This document shows, piece after piece, positions 30,328 to 42,451 of a DNA stretch of 64,000 bases (position 1 is its first letter; each line of letters opens with the position of its first letter). The position numbers and the translations under genes were made by a program. The notes beneath the pieces were generated by a model. It was given only the letters and a program-made list of their open reading frames with translations. It was not told the origin of the DNA and did not search any database. Origin of the DNA: the human T2T-CHM13v2.0 reference genome, Homo sapiens; the NCBI RefSeq assembly GCF_009914755.1, contig NC_060927.1; one strand, written 5' to 3'.

Positions 30328-31347
30328 CTTTGTGGTTTTATCTACCTTTGGTCTCTGATGATGGTGACATACAGATGGGGTTTTTGGTGTCGGTGTCCTT
30401 TCTGTTTGTTAGTTTTCCTTCTAACAGTCAGGACCCTCAGCTGCAGGTCTGTTGGAGTTTGCTGGAGGTCCACTCCATACCCTGTTTGCCTGGGTATCAT
30501 CAGCGGAGGCTGCAGAACAGCGAATATTGCTGAATAGAAAATGTTGCTGCCTGATCGTTCCTCTGGAAGTTTCGTCTCAGAGGGTACCCAGCCATGTGAG
30601 GTGTCAGTCTGCCCCTACTGGGTGGTGCCTCCCAGTTAGGCTACTTGGGGGTCAGGGACCCTCTTGAGGAGGCAGTCTGTCCATTCTCAGATCTCCAGCT
30701 GTGTGCTTGGAGAACCACTACCCTCTTCCAAGCTGTCAGACAGGGACATTTAAGTCTGCAGAGGTTTCTGCTGCTTTTTGTTCCGCTATGCCCTGCCCCC
30801 AGAGGAGGAGTCTCCAGAGGCAGGCAGGCCTCCTTGAGCTGCAGTAGGCTCCACCCAGTTCGAGCTTCCCAGTCGCTTTGTTTACCTACTCAAGCCTCGG
30901 CAATGGCGGGCGCCCCTCTCCCAGCCTCGCTGCCGCCTTGCAATTCAATCTCAGACTGCTGTGCTAGCAATGAGCGAGGCTCCATGGGTGTAGGACCCTC
31001 TGAGCCAGGCGCGGGATATAATCTGGTGCGCCATTTTCTGAGACTGTCGGAAAAGTGTAGTATTAGGGAGGGAGTGACCCGATTTTCCAGGTGCCATTTG
31101 TCCCTGCTTCCCTTAGCTAGGAAAGGGAATTCCCTGACCCCTTGCCCTTCCCGGGTGAGGCAATGCCTCGCCCTGCTTCAGCTCACGCTTGGTGCGCTGC
31201 ACCCCCTGTCCTGCACCCACTGTCCGACAATCCCCAATGAGATGAATCCAGCACCTCAGTTGGAAATGCAGAAATCACCCATCTTCTGCATCACTCACAC
31301 TGGGAGCTGTAGACTGGAGCTGTTCCTATTCGGCCATCTTGGAACCC
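30328..31347 (-). promoter_or_regulatory. L1 5'UTR with internal sense and antisense promoters; YY1 site at 31331-31341
   Basis: 1020-bp GC-rich UTR with caagatggccg (YY1) on the minus strand near the 5' end. Confidence 0.85.
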
Positions 31348-31397
31348 GCATTAGTAGACTATTAATGCTGACCCCAATTTTGAATAAAACCTCATAG
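30903..31397 (+). CDS. L1 ORF0-like antisense ORF (164 aa), reading out of the L1 5' end into flanking ERV sequence
   Basis: MAGAPLPASLPPCNSISDCCASNERGSMGVGPSEPG... matches the ORF0 N-terminus. No stop until 31395-31397, outside the L1. Expression unknown. Confidence 0.6.
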   Translation: MAGAPLPASLPPCNSISDCCASNERGSMGVGPSEPGAGYNLVRHFLRLSEKCSIREGVTRFSRCHLSLLPLARKGNSLTPCPSRVRQCLALLQLTLGALHPLSCTHCPTIPNEMNPAPQLEMQKSPIFCITHTGSCRLELFLFGHLGTRISRLLMLTPILNKTS

Positions 31398-31628
31398 ACA
31401 ATCTATCCAATCTTAACCTGTTTGATCATAAGGTGAGATTTTCATAAACCATTTATAAAATTTACAAATTTTTGTTAAAGAGTAGATTAGTGCTTTAAGA
31501 AAACCCTGTTTTGTTTTTATTTCGATGTTCAATTTACAGGAAAAAACAAACAATACTCCTTTAAATTTAGTCAATATTTTCACAGAAAGAATTTCTCTTA
31601 CAAGGTTAATTTTCTTTTACAAGGTTAA

Positions 31629-31759
31629 TTTTTTTTTTTTTTTTTTTTTTTTTTTTGAGACGGAGTCTCGCTCTGTCGCCCAGGCCGGACTGCGGACTGC
31701 AGTGGCGCAATCTCGGCTCACTGCAAGCTCCGCTTCCCGGGTTCACGCCATTCTCCTGC
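31629..31759 (-). mobile_element. 5'-truncated AluYb8-lineage element (human-specific)
   Basis: Diagnostic 7-bp duplication (+ strand gccggactgcggactgcagtgg = ccactgcagtccgcagtccggc) and cccgggaagcgg. Pure ~28-nt poly(A), intact CpGs, TSD caaggttaattt at 31620 and 31759. Confidence 0.92.
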
Positions 31760-34361
31760 AAGGTTAATTTTTTTACAAACCTTTCACAACTTGTTTAAAC
31801 CTTTTGCATTATAGTATTTAATTTAAATCCATCCTTTAACCCTCTAAACAAGGCAAAAGTTTACATTCCCATGACTTCTTATAATCTCCTACTAAAGACC
31901 CATTTCATTCTCCTCACATGCCTTGCATGGAAACTTATTTTTTCAGTAGTCTCAATTACATGTTATAATGGTAATTCTTAGCAACTTTCACTTTGGTGCA
32001 TACATTTTTTTTGACAAATCCTTTCACGACTTACAAAGACCATCTCCGACATGCTTAGACTTTCTGACTTGTTCTAAACATCCCTCTTTTTAAACAACCA
32101 GTCATTTTTTCCTTAGGACAAGAATTTACCATACAAGATCCTTTCTTATATAAACGCTCTTTTCTTTATAATCTTCTTTGCATAGCTAGGGGGCATGGCT
32201 AATTCCACATATGTACAGGACTTATTTAAAATCTAATGTCTCCAAAATATATTGAACAATTTGCAAAAGTTAGAGAAGCAGTTTATGAATTGAAAGCATT
32301 TAGCAAACTTAGTATCTGACCTCCACTGTTTAGACCAAATATTTACATTTTTTGAAGATATTTTTATTTTACCAATAATCTTTAAAACAGTCTTTATTTC
32401 CCAAAGATTACTTAAGTCACATGAACTAAAAGGCATTACACTTTTTACTTTTCTGATAAAATATTTGATTTATCACTTATTTTTAAGGCAATTAAAGCTT
32501 TTTAAATATCACACACACAAAACACATATAAATACACAGACAGAAGAAGATAAAGGACTCATCCCCTAAGCTGGGAATTGAACCCTGAAACCAGGCCACC
32601 ATTGTAAAATGAGAAACTACTGCCATGTGGTTACAAGGTTAAGCTCCCAAGGACATACAAGACAAGAGGGCAACCTCATCCAGTTTTTTTTTTTGGTTTT
32701 TTGTTTGTTTGTTTGTTTTTTAGGGATCTGCAGCAAAGTTTGTAACTGGCCAGTTTGCTGGGCCAACCTGAAAAGTGGGCTTACAGGTGTCCTAAGCCAG
32801 TGTCCTATCCTAAGGAATGCCTCTTTCTTTATGACAGAACAATACAGACAGACACAGAAAGCACACTAGATTCACTACAGCTTAAGACTAGTCTCACAAA
32901 TCCTTTTTCCCATTAATCAAAAATTTACAGAAGAGATAACCAGTGATTTTTAACACTTATTCAATTGATCTGCACACACACAAACACACACACACACACA
33001 AACACACACAGAGAGAGAGAGAGGCCAGAAATCTGACTGATAAGAAATTCTCACCCTTTTGCCAGCATGCCAAGCTTCTGAGTTCCCTTTCACTAAGCGG
33101 CCCTAGTGACCCAACTTGCTGCACATTAGCCCTGGGGTCCAAGCTGCAACACAAAGGAAAATTATCTTTCTTTTTCTGTTCTGGTCAGAGCAAAATACAT
33201 GTGATAAAACACAGACATTAGCCACTCTGCTTAGAACCCAATATCAAACTGGCAGGGCTTAAATTTGCCCCTACATGGGCCCCATCATCTTTAATCTGAC
33301 CTCAGACTATGAGTTTCAACACATAGTCTCTGGGCAAGATGGTTGCCCTGAGTAACAGAAAAGGTACGAAAAGAAAAGTGGAGAAAGAAAAGTATTGCCT
33401 ATGGCAGAGTGGGGAGGGTGAAGAGCTTAGGGAGGCCAGAGCAAGACTCACCCACTGCAGCTGACACTGAATCAAAATTTCAGGCAGCTGTTTGTCATTA
33501 GTGAAGGGATCTTTTCCAGGAGTCTCTTCAGCTCTCAAGTTTCCCCTTTTGGAGAGGAAAAAGTTCCCCATGCTGCATGATCTTGTACATGCGTAATCCT
33601 GTCACCCACAGCCATCAGCAAAAAGCACAAGGCAGATTATTCTAAAGAGAATAGCAGCTAATATCACATAGTGATGAACCCATTCTTAGCTGAAGGGGAT
33701 TTTACCAAGAGCCTTCATTTTAAAATGTACTTCAGTGTGTTGTTGTTCATTTGGAACATTTTGCTGTAAGTTATCTTTAGTAAGATTTCATCATTTTTGT
33801 AAGATTGTGCTGTCTCCCAGGGTTAATGTATAAGCCAGAAGGAACTCAGTTTTCCAGAAATTAAGGATCCCATTTTTACCTAAAATATTGGCTTTACTCT
33901 CAGGTTCTCTTGATTAACTTAGCCAATGATTTTTCACTGGCTAAGTGCGTTACCTAAGTGCACAAGAAAAATGAAACAAAGGGGTAGAACACAAAAATCC
34001 CTATGAATTTCCAAAATCCAAATTTTATAACCCCTGCAATACTACTGCTTATGACCAGTTCCTTTTTGACCTAGTCGGATGTAAGAGCCCTCTAACTGGA
34101 TCCAAGCCAGTTAATTCCCAGATCAAATCCATTCCTGGACCCAGCCCAGTTTCTGTAGTGACTTCCAAACCCAGTTTGGATTAGAAATTTGCTCAAAGAA
34201 ACTCGAAGCTCAAAACACAAATCCACGGAGTTCTGAAATTCAAGAGAGAAATCTTACCATGATTCCCATCACTCTGAGAGATCAATGGACACAAGTAGGT
34301 CCTGTAGGTACCTTGTTTGTTCACTCAGCCCTCCTGGGGGTTTCTAGAAGCTCTGCTACAG

Positions 34362-34379
34362 ATCCTGCTTCTGACACCA
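34362..34379 (-). other. Primer binding site, tRNA-Leu type
   Basis: Minus strand tggtgtcagaagcaggat lies 2 nt downstream of the 5' LTR. It is a 16/18 match to the complement of the tRNA-Leu(CAA) 3' end as I recall it (atcccacttctgacacca). Confidence 0.8.
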
Positions 34380-34381
34380 TC

Positions 34382-34806
34382 TGATAAAAGAAAAACTTCA
34401 GCTGAATTAAATTTAAAGAAGTTTGAGCAGTGAACAATTTTCAAATCAGGCAGCTCTCAGAATCACAGCAGATATGCAGAGACTTCAGCACAGCCATGTG
34501 GTGGAAGAAGATTTATAGACAAAAATGGAAATGATGTACAGAATTTGGAAGTAAGGTAAAGAACGGCTGGATTGGTTTCAAGTTGGTGTTTGCCTTATTT
34601 GAACACAATTTGAACACTTAGGAGTGCATGAATGGTTGAAGTATGGCAGCAGTGATTGGCCAAGACTCAGCTCTTCTTACAGGCATGTACTCCTAAGTTG
34701 GGTTTTTAATCTTGTCTACCTATTAAGCTAGGTTGCAGTTTGTCCACAAGGACTCAAATGTAGAAGTACAGAGTCCTTCTCAGGCCATGTTTAGTTCACT
34801 TTAACA
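34382..34806 (-). mobile_element. 5' LTR of provirus (MER57A-like)
   Basis: tgataaaagaaaaacttcagc...ttagttcactttaaca, followed by TSD ttcc. CCAAT (gattgg) and TATA-like (tttataga) motifs on the minus strand. Confidence 0.9.
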
Positions 34807-35794
34807 TTCCTATGTATTTTCTTATGTTATCCCCTCCACTACTGGTTGTGTGTCCATTTTGAGAGAAGAGTTTTGTAGATTTCTTAGATGTGAATTGCCG
34901 ACCCGTAAATCAGCTAAGGAATTACCTTCTATGTGGAATTGACTTGAAATATACAGTAATAAAAACTATTATATGTTTGACCATTAAATCCCTTTTCACC
35001 ATATCCATTTCTGTAAGACTGAAGAGTTAAGATTGCATCACAAAGAAGTTGAGGTGCTAAATCTTAGTAGATTTGTAATTATTTAAAATGGACTTAAAAA
35101 AAAACACATAGTCCCAAATTCTCAATAATCCAGTGACTAATCCTACTATTTATTTGCCACATCAGGTGTTTTATGATTTGCTTTGCATATGTTGACACTT
35201 TAATCATTAAATGCTTCTTAGTTTATCATATTTTAACATGGGGAATTGAAATCTTTAAAATGTATTTTATTCAGCATATATTTGGGTAATAAATACCAGA
35301 ATACCTATTATTATTGGCAGTTGGATTATAAACAGAAAGTATAATTCAGCGATAAAAAGTTTTATCAATAGCCTCGGATATTTTGTCTGCTGTTCCAGCT
35401 GCCTAGTATCAATAGTTACCAGTCATGTCCTAGTCAGAAGTATTTTGGAGAAGTTGGGGTTTCAGAGTGTTAATCTACTTACACAGTAATCTAATTGAAG
35501 CAATAAAGTTTCATTTGAATCAGACATTCCATCTGCTAATCTCCTTGAGATTTTAGATAAACAAACTGAAAGAAATCAATCACCATTCCACAGCATGCCC
35601 TACAAGTTTTAGGATTCCTACGAGGCTATGAAATTGAGTGTGATCACCAATCTAAAATTGGAGTCCAATTACAAGGTAAAAAGAGAACAGAAAGAATATG
35701 AGTTATCACTATTTTAATATATATTGAACCATTCCTGAAGGAATTTTAAACTCTGTGACTTTAATTTCTGAAATTATGATAAAACTTTTGAAGT

Positions 35795-36537
<743 letters not shown>

Positions 36538-36991
36538 TGAAAGTACCTATGAATAGAAACAGGAATATTATTATTTATTTTGCATCAATATCATCACTTG
36601 TCCTTAAGAAAAGACAATATCCAGTGTTTAATAGTAATTTTCTCTCTGCTAGGCGTTAAGCAAATTGTTTAAATATATCACTTGAATTTATAACTCCTAA
36701 AACACTATAAGTGGTAGTTGCTAAAAGTTTTTTTTTCTATTTTATAGATTAATAAACTGAGGCAAACAGAAACTAGGAAACTTGCAGAATAAATGAATAA
36801 AGAAATAAAATACATGCTACATGGCATACATTACAAGAATATGTCTCATGTTTTACATACAAAGAAATAAATCTGAGACTTCAGCCAGTACTTTACTGAC
36901 TTTTATTAATACACCAGTTATGATGAGAAGGTAGGTAGTAATTATTATAGAGAAAAAATAAAATGGATTAAGGGAGATTGGGATACTTCTT

Positions 36992-36995
<4 letters not shown>

Positions 36996-37037
<42 letters not shown>
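36996..37037. repeat. (TG)21 microsatellite
   Basis: Directly visible. Confidence 0.95.
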
Positions 37038-37041
<4 letters not shown>

Positions 37042-37084
37042 TCTTTACTAGTGGCTGGTGTGGTAGGAATTTCTTGCCATTTTT

Positions 37085-37510
37085 TGCAGTCCTCACTGCT
37101 AAGGTGAGCTGAGGTATGAAACAAGTTAGAGAGGGACTGACAGTTACAGAAATCGTAAAGCAAAGCATTCTAGGCAATGGAACAGCAAGTTCAAAGGCCC
37201 AGAGGTGGGAATAGTTTGGATGTGTTAGTGAGAACATAACGGAGCGACAGAGGCTTCAGCTAGGGTGGAGTGAAAGAGGAGACATTTTCTTTACTCTTGG
37301 TGAGATGGAACACCAGTAACATCTTGAGCATAATCTGTCTCCCATCTCCTAAAGGTCCCTTAGGTCTGTGGTTCTGGGGCAAGAGTAGAAACTAGTAAAG
37401 CAGTTAGGACATGTTTATCATTTTTTGGGACAGATCAAAGAGGGTAGCTTGTATCAATGTGGTGATATGGAAATTGTGAGAAGAAACCACATTGTAAACA
37501 TACTTTAAAT
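37085..37510 (-). mobile_element. L2 remnant
   Basis: gcattctaggcaatggaacagcaagttcaaaggcccagaggtgggaa is a typical antisense L2 motif. Confidence 0.6.
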
Positions 37511-39914
37511 CAAATGTTTATTTGTATAAAGAGTTAAACAAAATTATTATTCCTAGTCAACTGCCCTGATAGTTACTCTTAGAGAGCCACCTGCCTCTGT
37601 TGGTACTAAGCCTTAACAAATTTTCATGGCCTGTAGATTGAAATACAGAGCTCAAGTGGAATCCTGACTACCAGGATTCCAAGCAAGAGAGAAGAAACTG
37701 CATAATAAAGTGAGAAGAATTCATATCTGGGGTATGGGATGGATAGGGGTTTAAGAAAAAAACAGGGCTTTGGAGATGGGGAGCCAGATGACAGAATGCA
37801 GACTGGTACACCAGGGATTCCTCCCCACTGTTTCTCAAATCTTCGATGTTCCTACATTCTTGAGGTGATTGAATTTCTTGTGGAGCAGCAGCTGTTTCAA
37901 AACTAGGCTGACACGGGGATGAAGCAGAGACAGCATCAGGGACCACACAGTGGGGAGGCCTCTGGCAGACCCGGGGTTATTGGAAATTTAAGGAACACTT
38001 ATTGAACTGAGTTCATTAGCCGCTTTGTCAGACTTCTAACCACAAAATCCCATACAAATCCCATCTAGCTCTAGTGGTTCTGTTGTTAATACCATAAAAA
38101 TATACATTTTTTAAGTAGGCATGTATAACTAGGTGCTGTAATTTTCTAACCTTTCTAACAGTTTCCTTCAGTGCTCACCACTTCTTCACTCTCTCTTCTC
38201 CTTCCCTATCTCTTAGACAGGGAAGAAACTCTGCAAACCAGTGGGAGGAAAGTTCCCCACTGCCTTTTCTCTAAAACTGGACTATATACTTCAAGGAAAA
38301 AGCTGCGGCATGGAAATAAACCTAGACCTACCACCTGTGTTCCACCAAATTTATTGGTAGGAGGAAGGGGCAAAGGGCTTTCATATTAAAAATTCTAGAA
38401 AATACTTGTAGCTATCTAAACACATTTTCATAAATATATACCTTTGATTGTTCATTTGACATTCCTCATTAAGACAGAGAGAAATTCACATAGGCAAACA
38501 TGTTAAATGTTTTGGCTAGACAATGAAGTTCTTTATAACCTGTTCATCTTTGTACTGTTCTATGAGAATAGGTGATATGAGGGAAACAGAAGTTTATTGC
38601 ATATCCGTGCCTAAATGTATAAACTTTTAGCTTGACCCTTATTGAGCAAAATAAGATGACAAATCTAGTTAAATTTTTAACTGTGTTTTGCTGTCGTGAC
38701 ATGAATAAATTTAATCAACTGTAGAACAGACCATAGTATCTCTCACGTAATCTAATAAATCTAGTGAGCTTACAATAGATTCTGATTGTGAGTAAAATAA
38801 AGAGTTTTAAGATTTTATAATAAAAGTTTCAAAAGTGCCAGATATTGGTTTGCTTTTAAATGAAACATTGTACTTTAGGGAAATTTTTTATTTTTATGAC
38901 ATTTTAAAAACAGCAGGCATATAGAGTATGCATAAATTCCAGTCTTGTTTATGTTGATTATCTCAGTGAAATCCAATATCACAATCACATCTCAAAAAAT
39001 GAAATTCAAGAAAGCATTATTATTGGTCAAACAGGTAGCTCAGTGGGATCAAAATAAATGTAAAAGTGTACAACTATTGTTTTCCAATAATAGCAAGAAA
39101 GTAACAAATATCTTTGGCAGAGGGACAGATTGATATTCTTTATAAATGCTTTTAATTAAAAATAATAAAAAGTCTTGCATATTGCCTTTAAAATGATGTA
39201 GCACATTTTGAAAGTCACAGCAGTAGCTCGAACCAACTTAAAAAAAGAGCAGTATCGTTCATCAGCTTTCACATAGGAGGAGCATGTGGGCAGTTTGAGA
39301 TAATTTTAGCCGTTCTGAGCACTGTTACTTCTTTTTAGAAGGAGCCAATTTAATGCTTTACAACTTAAAAAATCATTTAAGTGGGTGTTCTATTTATATG
39401 CACAGATATAGCTACTGTCACTGGGGTGTAAAAAAACTAGTTTTATTACAATGCTATTAGGAAAAAAAAGCTAAATAAAAGTGCATAGTAAAATCTTATC
39501 TCCTATAAATGACTGTTTTTCATAAAGATGCTACTTGATAGGAATCTGGCTACATAATGCTTGAACTTACTACATTTTATATGCAATTTTCTACTCTTTT
39601 TTTCTTACAAAAATCAAGATGCAGAATTTGAAGTAATCATAGATTCTCTATTTAAATAAATATGCATAGTTACTGTCTATGTACCCTGTGAAAGATACAT
39701 TAGCTTCCGTTAATTTTATAGCATTTACGATCTTACATTGTTACTAACTTCTTCATATGCTTAGTGGCCTAATGCCATTTGGTTTTATTAAATGTGAAAA
39801 GCATAATTTACAAAGCATTACAAAAGATTTGTATGTTACTTGAAGAAGCAAAGCACTGAAAGAAGTTCAATAATGTAGATAATTTTTTATGGTAGAGTTA
39901 ATTTTATTGATGAT

Positions 39915-40600
39915 CTTATTAATATATACTTATATATAGATACCATATATAAATTTATATTAAATATTCTAATTGACACACCTATAAAGATTGAATAATG
40001 CACTGATGTCGTTCTATAAAAGTTTTATATATAGATGTTTGTTATATATTATTAATATATATTTTAGTATGTATTTATGTATGCTATGTATTTATATATA
40101 TAATATGTATGAAATTTACCACATGTATACATTTAATATGCATTATAAATGTGTAATGTATATTAATAATATATAGTGTATGATTATAATGTATATTAAA
40201 TATACATGAGTACATATTATGTATGAATGTATATTTACATGAAAAACTTTTATAGACCATCACTTGTTAATATATATTTATAATAAATTGTATATTTATA
40301 TATGAAGTTAGATATTTATAATATATTATACATTATATGTAATATTTATATATGTTAAATAATATATTTATATGTTAAATATACATGTAATATATGTAAA
40401 TTTGTATAGAACATCAGCTGTTGTGTTTATTTGTAATAAATGGTATATTTGTATATAATTTTAAAGTTACATATTTATATGTAAAATATATATTATTTAT
40501 TATATATTGTTACTATATTTATCATTTATTAAATATATATTTTGTATAATGCCTTTATAGAACAGCAGAAGTATATTTTTAATGTTTATGGGTTTTTAAG
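39915..40600. repeat. AT-rich (TA-type) low-complexity region with internal direct and inverted repeats
   Basis: Directly visible; see findings. Confidence 0.8.
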
Positions 40601-40895
40601 TTATAAATATTTAATAGAAGAGAGTCTCTTAAATTTCTGTCCTCTCTTAAGTTTTTGTATAATTACCACTATTCTAAAAACATTAACAGAATTTAATAAT
40701 GGAAATGAGAAATTTCTAAGGAAAATGAGAACGACTCAAACTGACTTCAAGGAAGGTTAGTTCAGAGAAGTATAATAATAGGTGAAAGAAGGAGGACACC
40801 AATTTCTTGTTTAATGATGGGACATAAAAATTACACCACTTGCAAGACCACTTTCTGATTCATTACAGAGTATGATTTTGGTGTGAATTAATATA

Positions 40896-41231
40896 TAGTC
40901 TTTGTCCCCTGGTGTCTGCAAGGGATTTATTCCAGAACTCCCACCGTCCCCACAGAGCATCCCTAAATCCTAAGATACTGAAGTCTTATATAAAATGGTG
41001 TCATATTTGCATATTACCTAGGCACATTTTCTCATATACTTTAAATGATCTCTAGATTATTATAGTACCTAATACAACGTAAATGCTATGTAAATATTTG
41101 TTATACCATATTGTTTAGGGAATAATGATAAGAAAAAATGTCTGTGCGAATTCAATACAGACACAACCATCATTGGCCTAGGTACATTTTTGATCCACAG
41201 TTGGTTAAATCCCAGATACAAGGGCTGACTG
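40896..41231. mobile_element. MER2/MER2B (TcMar-Tigger MITE)
   Basis: TA-flanked (c/t)agtc...gactg termini and the MER2 core tatataaaatggtgtcatatttgcatatt...aatacaacgtaaatgctatgtaaata. Confidence 0.75.
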
Positions 41232-42388
41232 TATGGGTAAAGATTTTTCAGGAACTAAATATTTTTGAAAAATAATTGACTAGAGAATTGTATTATCCTG
41301 AACTAGAGGATATGATGATTGATTTTATTGTGATCCACATCCCATAAACTTAATTTTGCTTTTCCCAAAATACACAGAAAAGACTAGCAGATGGTGAGAA
41401 GAAATTAAAGCTGTTTAAAAACTCAAAGAAAAATTATTTTGTAATTGGAAACAGGAAAATTCCCTAAAGTATACAGTTTTTTTTCTATACTTATATGTTG
41501 CAGTTATAGGCTTTCTTATCTAATTGTTTATCAGTGCAAGAAAATGTGTTTTTAAATATGAACATTTAAAAAAAATTAAACTCCTTTAATTTGGTACTAG
41601 TGTATATATCTAAAACAACAGGTTTTGCTATGTTCAGTGCTTGCTGTTCACAGGAGTCTCGCAGCTGTTTCAATGGTAATGGTCCTCAGACACCTAATCA
41701 TGGGTTCACAATATGTTCATCCTCTGCTTTTAATAGGCAAGTATCTTGAGACACTTCCCAGGGTGACGTAATTCCTGTTCTAGTTCTGTAATGCATCATG
41801 CTGCTAAAATAACAGAGAACAAGCATTGTGGCCTGAAAGGGGCTTCCTGAGTAGTGAATTTATGAAAAAAAGGAGGCAATGGTTTATTTGTTCTTTCATA
41901 GCAGGTAACATGTTAAAGTTACTAGGATTGTCAAAAGAAAACACAAAATATAACTCTTGGTTCCTGCTCTCATCTAAATTGCCAGTACTATTTCTCTCCA
42001 TAATCATTCTCACCTGTTCTATATCCACTATTACTTGATACGGTAACACTGAACGTATTACAAAGTCAGAACATTTAAAAAGATTAAAACTCAAGGGAAT
42101 AAGATTTACACGTAATTTACAATTTTCTGCTGTTTGCCCAAGGTTAATGTTCTATCATCCAACAACGAACTCATAAAGTAGAAAGGGATCTGGGAAACCA
42201 TTTAGTGCACATAGCTCATTTTTAAGTGCAATTATGTTTTAAAAATTATTGCGAGCACTCATTCTGTTTCATCCATTTACTCTTTTGTGAGTATATGTGT
42301 TCACAAGGTTCTACTTTATTTGCATTAAAGATAAAATGAAAATCAACCCTTAGAAATCAGATTTACTGATATAAAACATTTGAAAGGA

Positions 42389-42447
<59 letters not shown>

Positions 42448-42451
42448 TACA
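42389..42451. repeat. (TA)n-(CA)n compound microsatellite
   Basis: Directly visible. Confidence 0.9.

Noticed and set aside
30645-30902. N-terminal 86 codons of the 250-aa ORF in the track
   Set aside because: The track start is a TTG. The first ATG, which matches the known ORF0 start, is at 30903.
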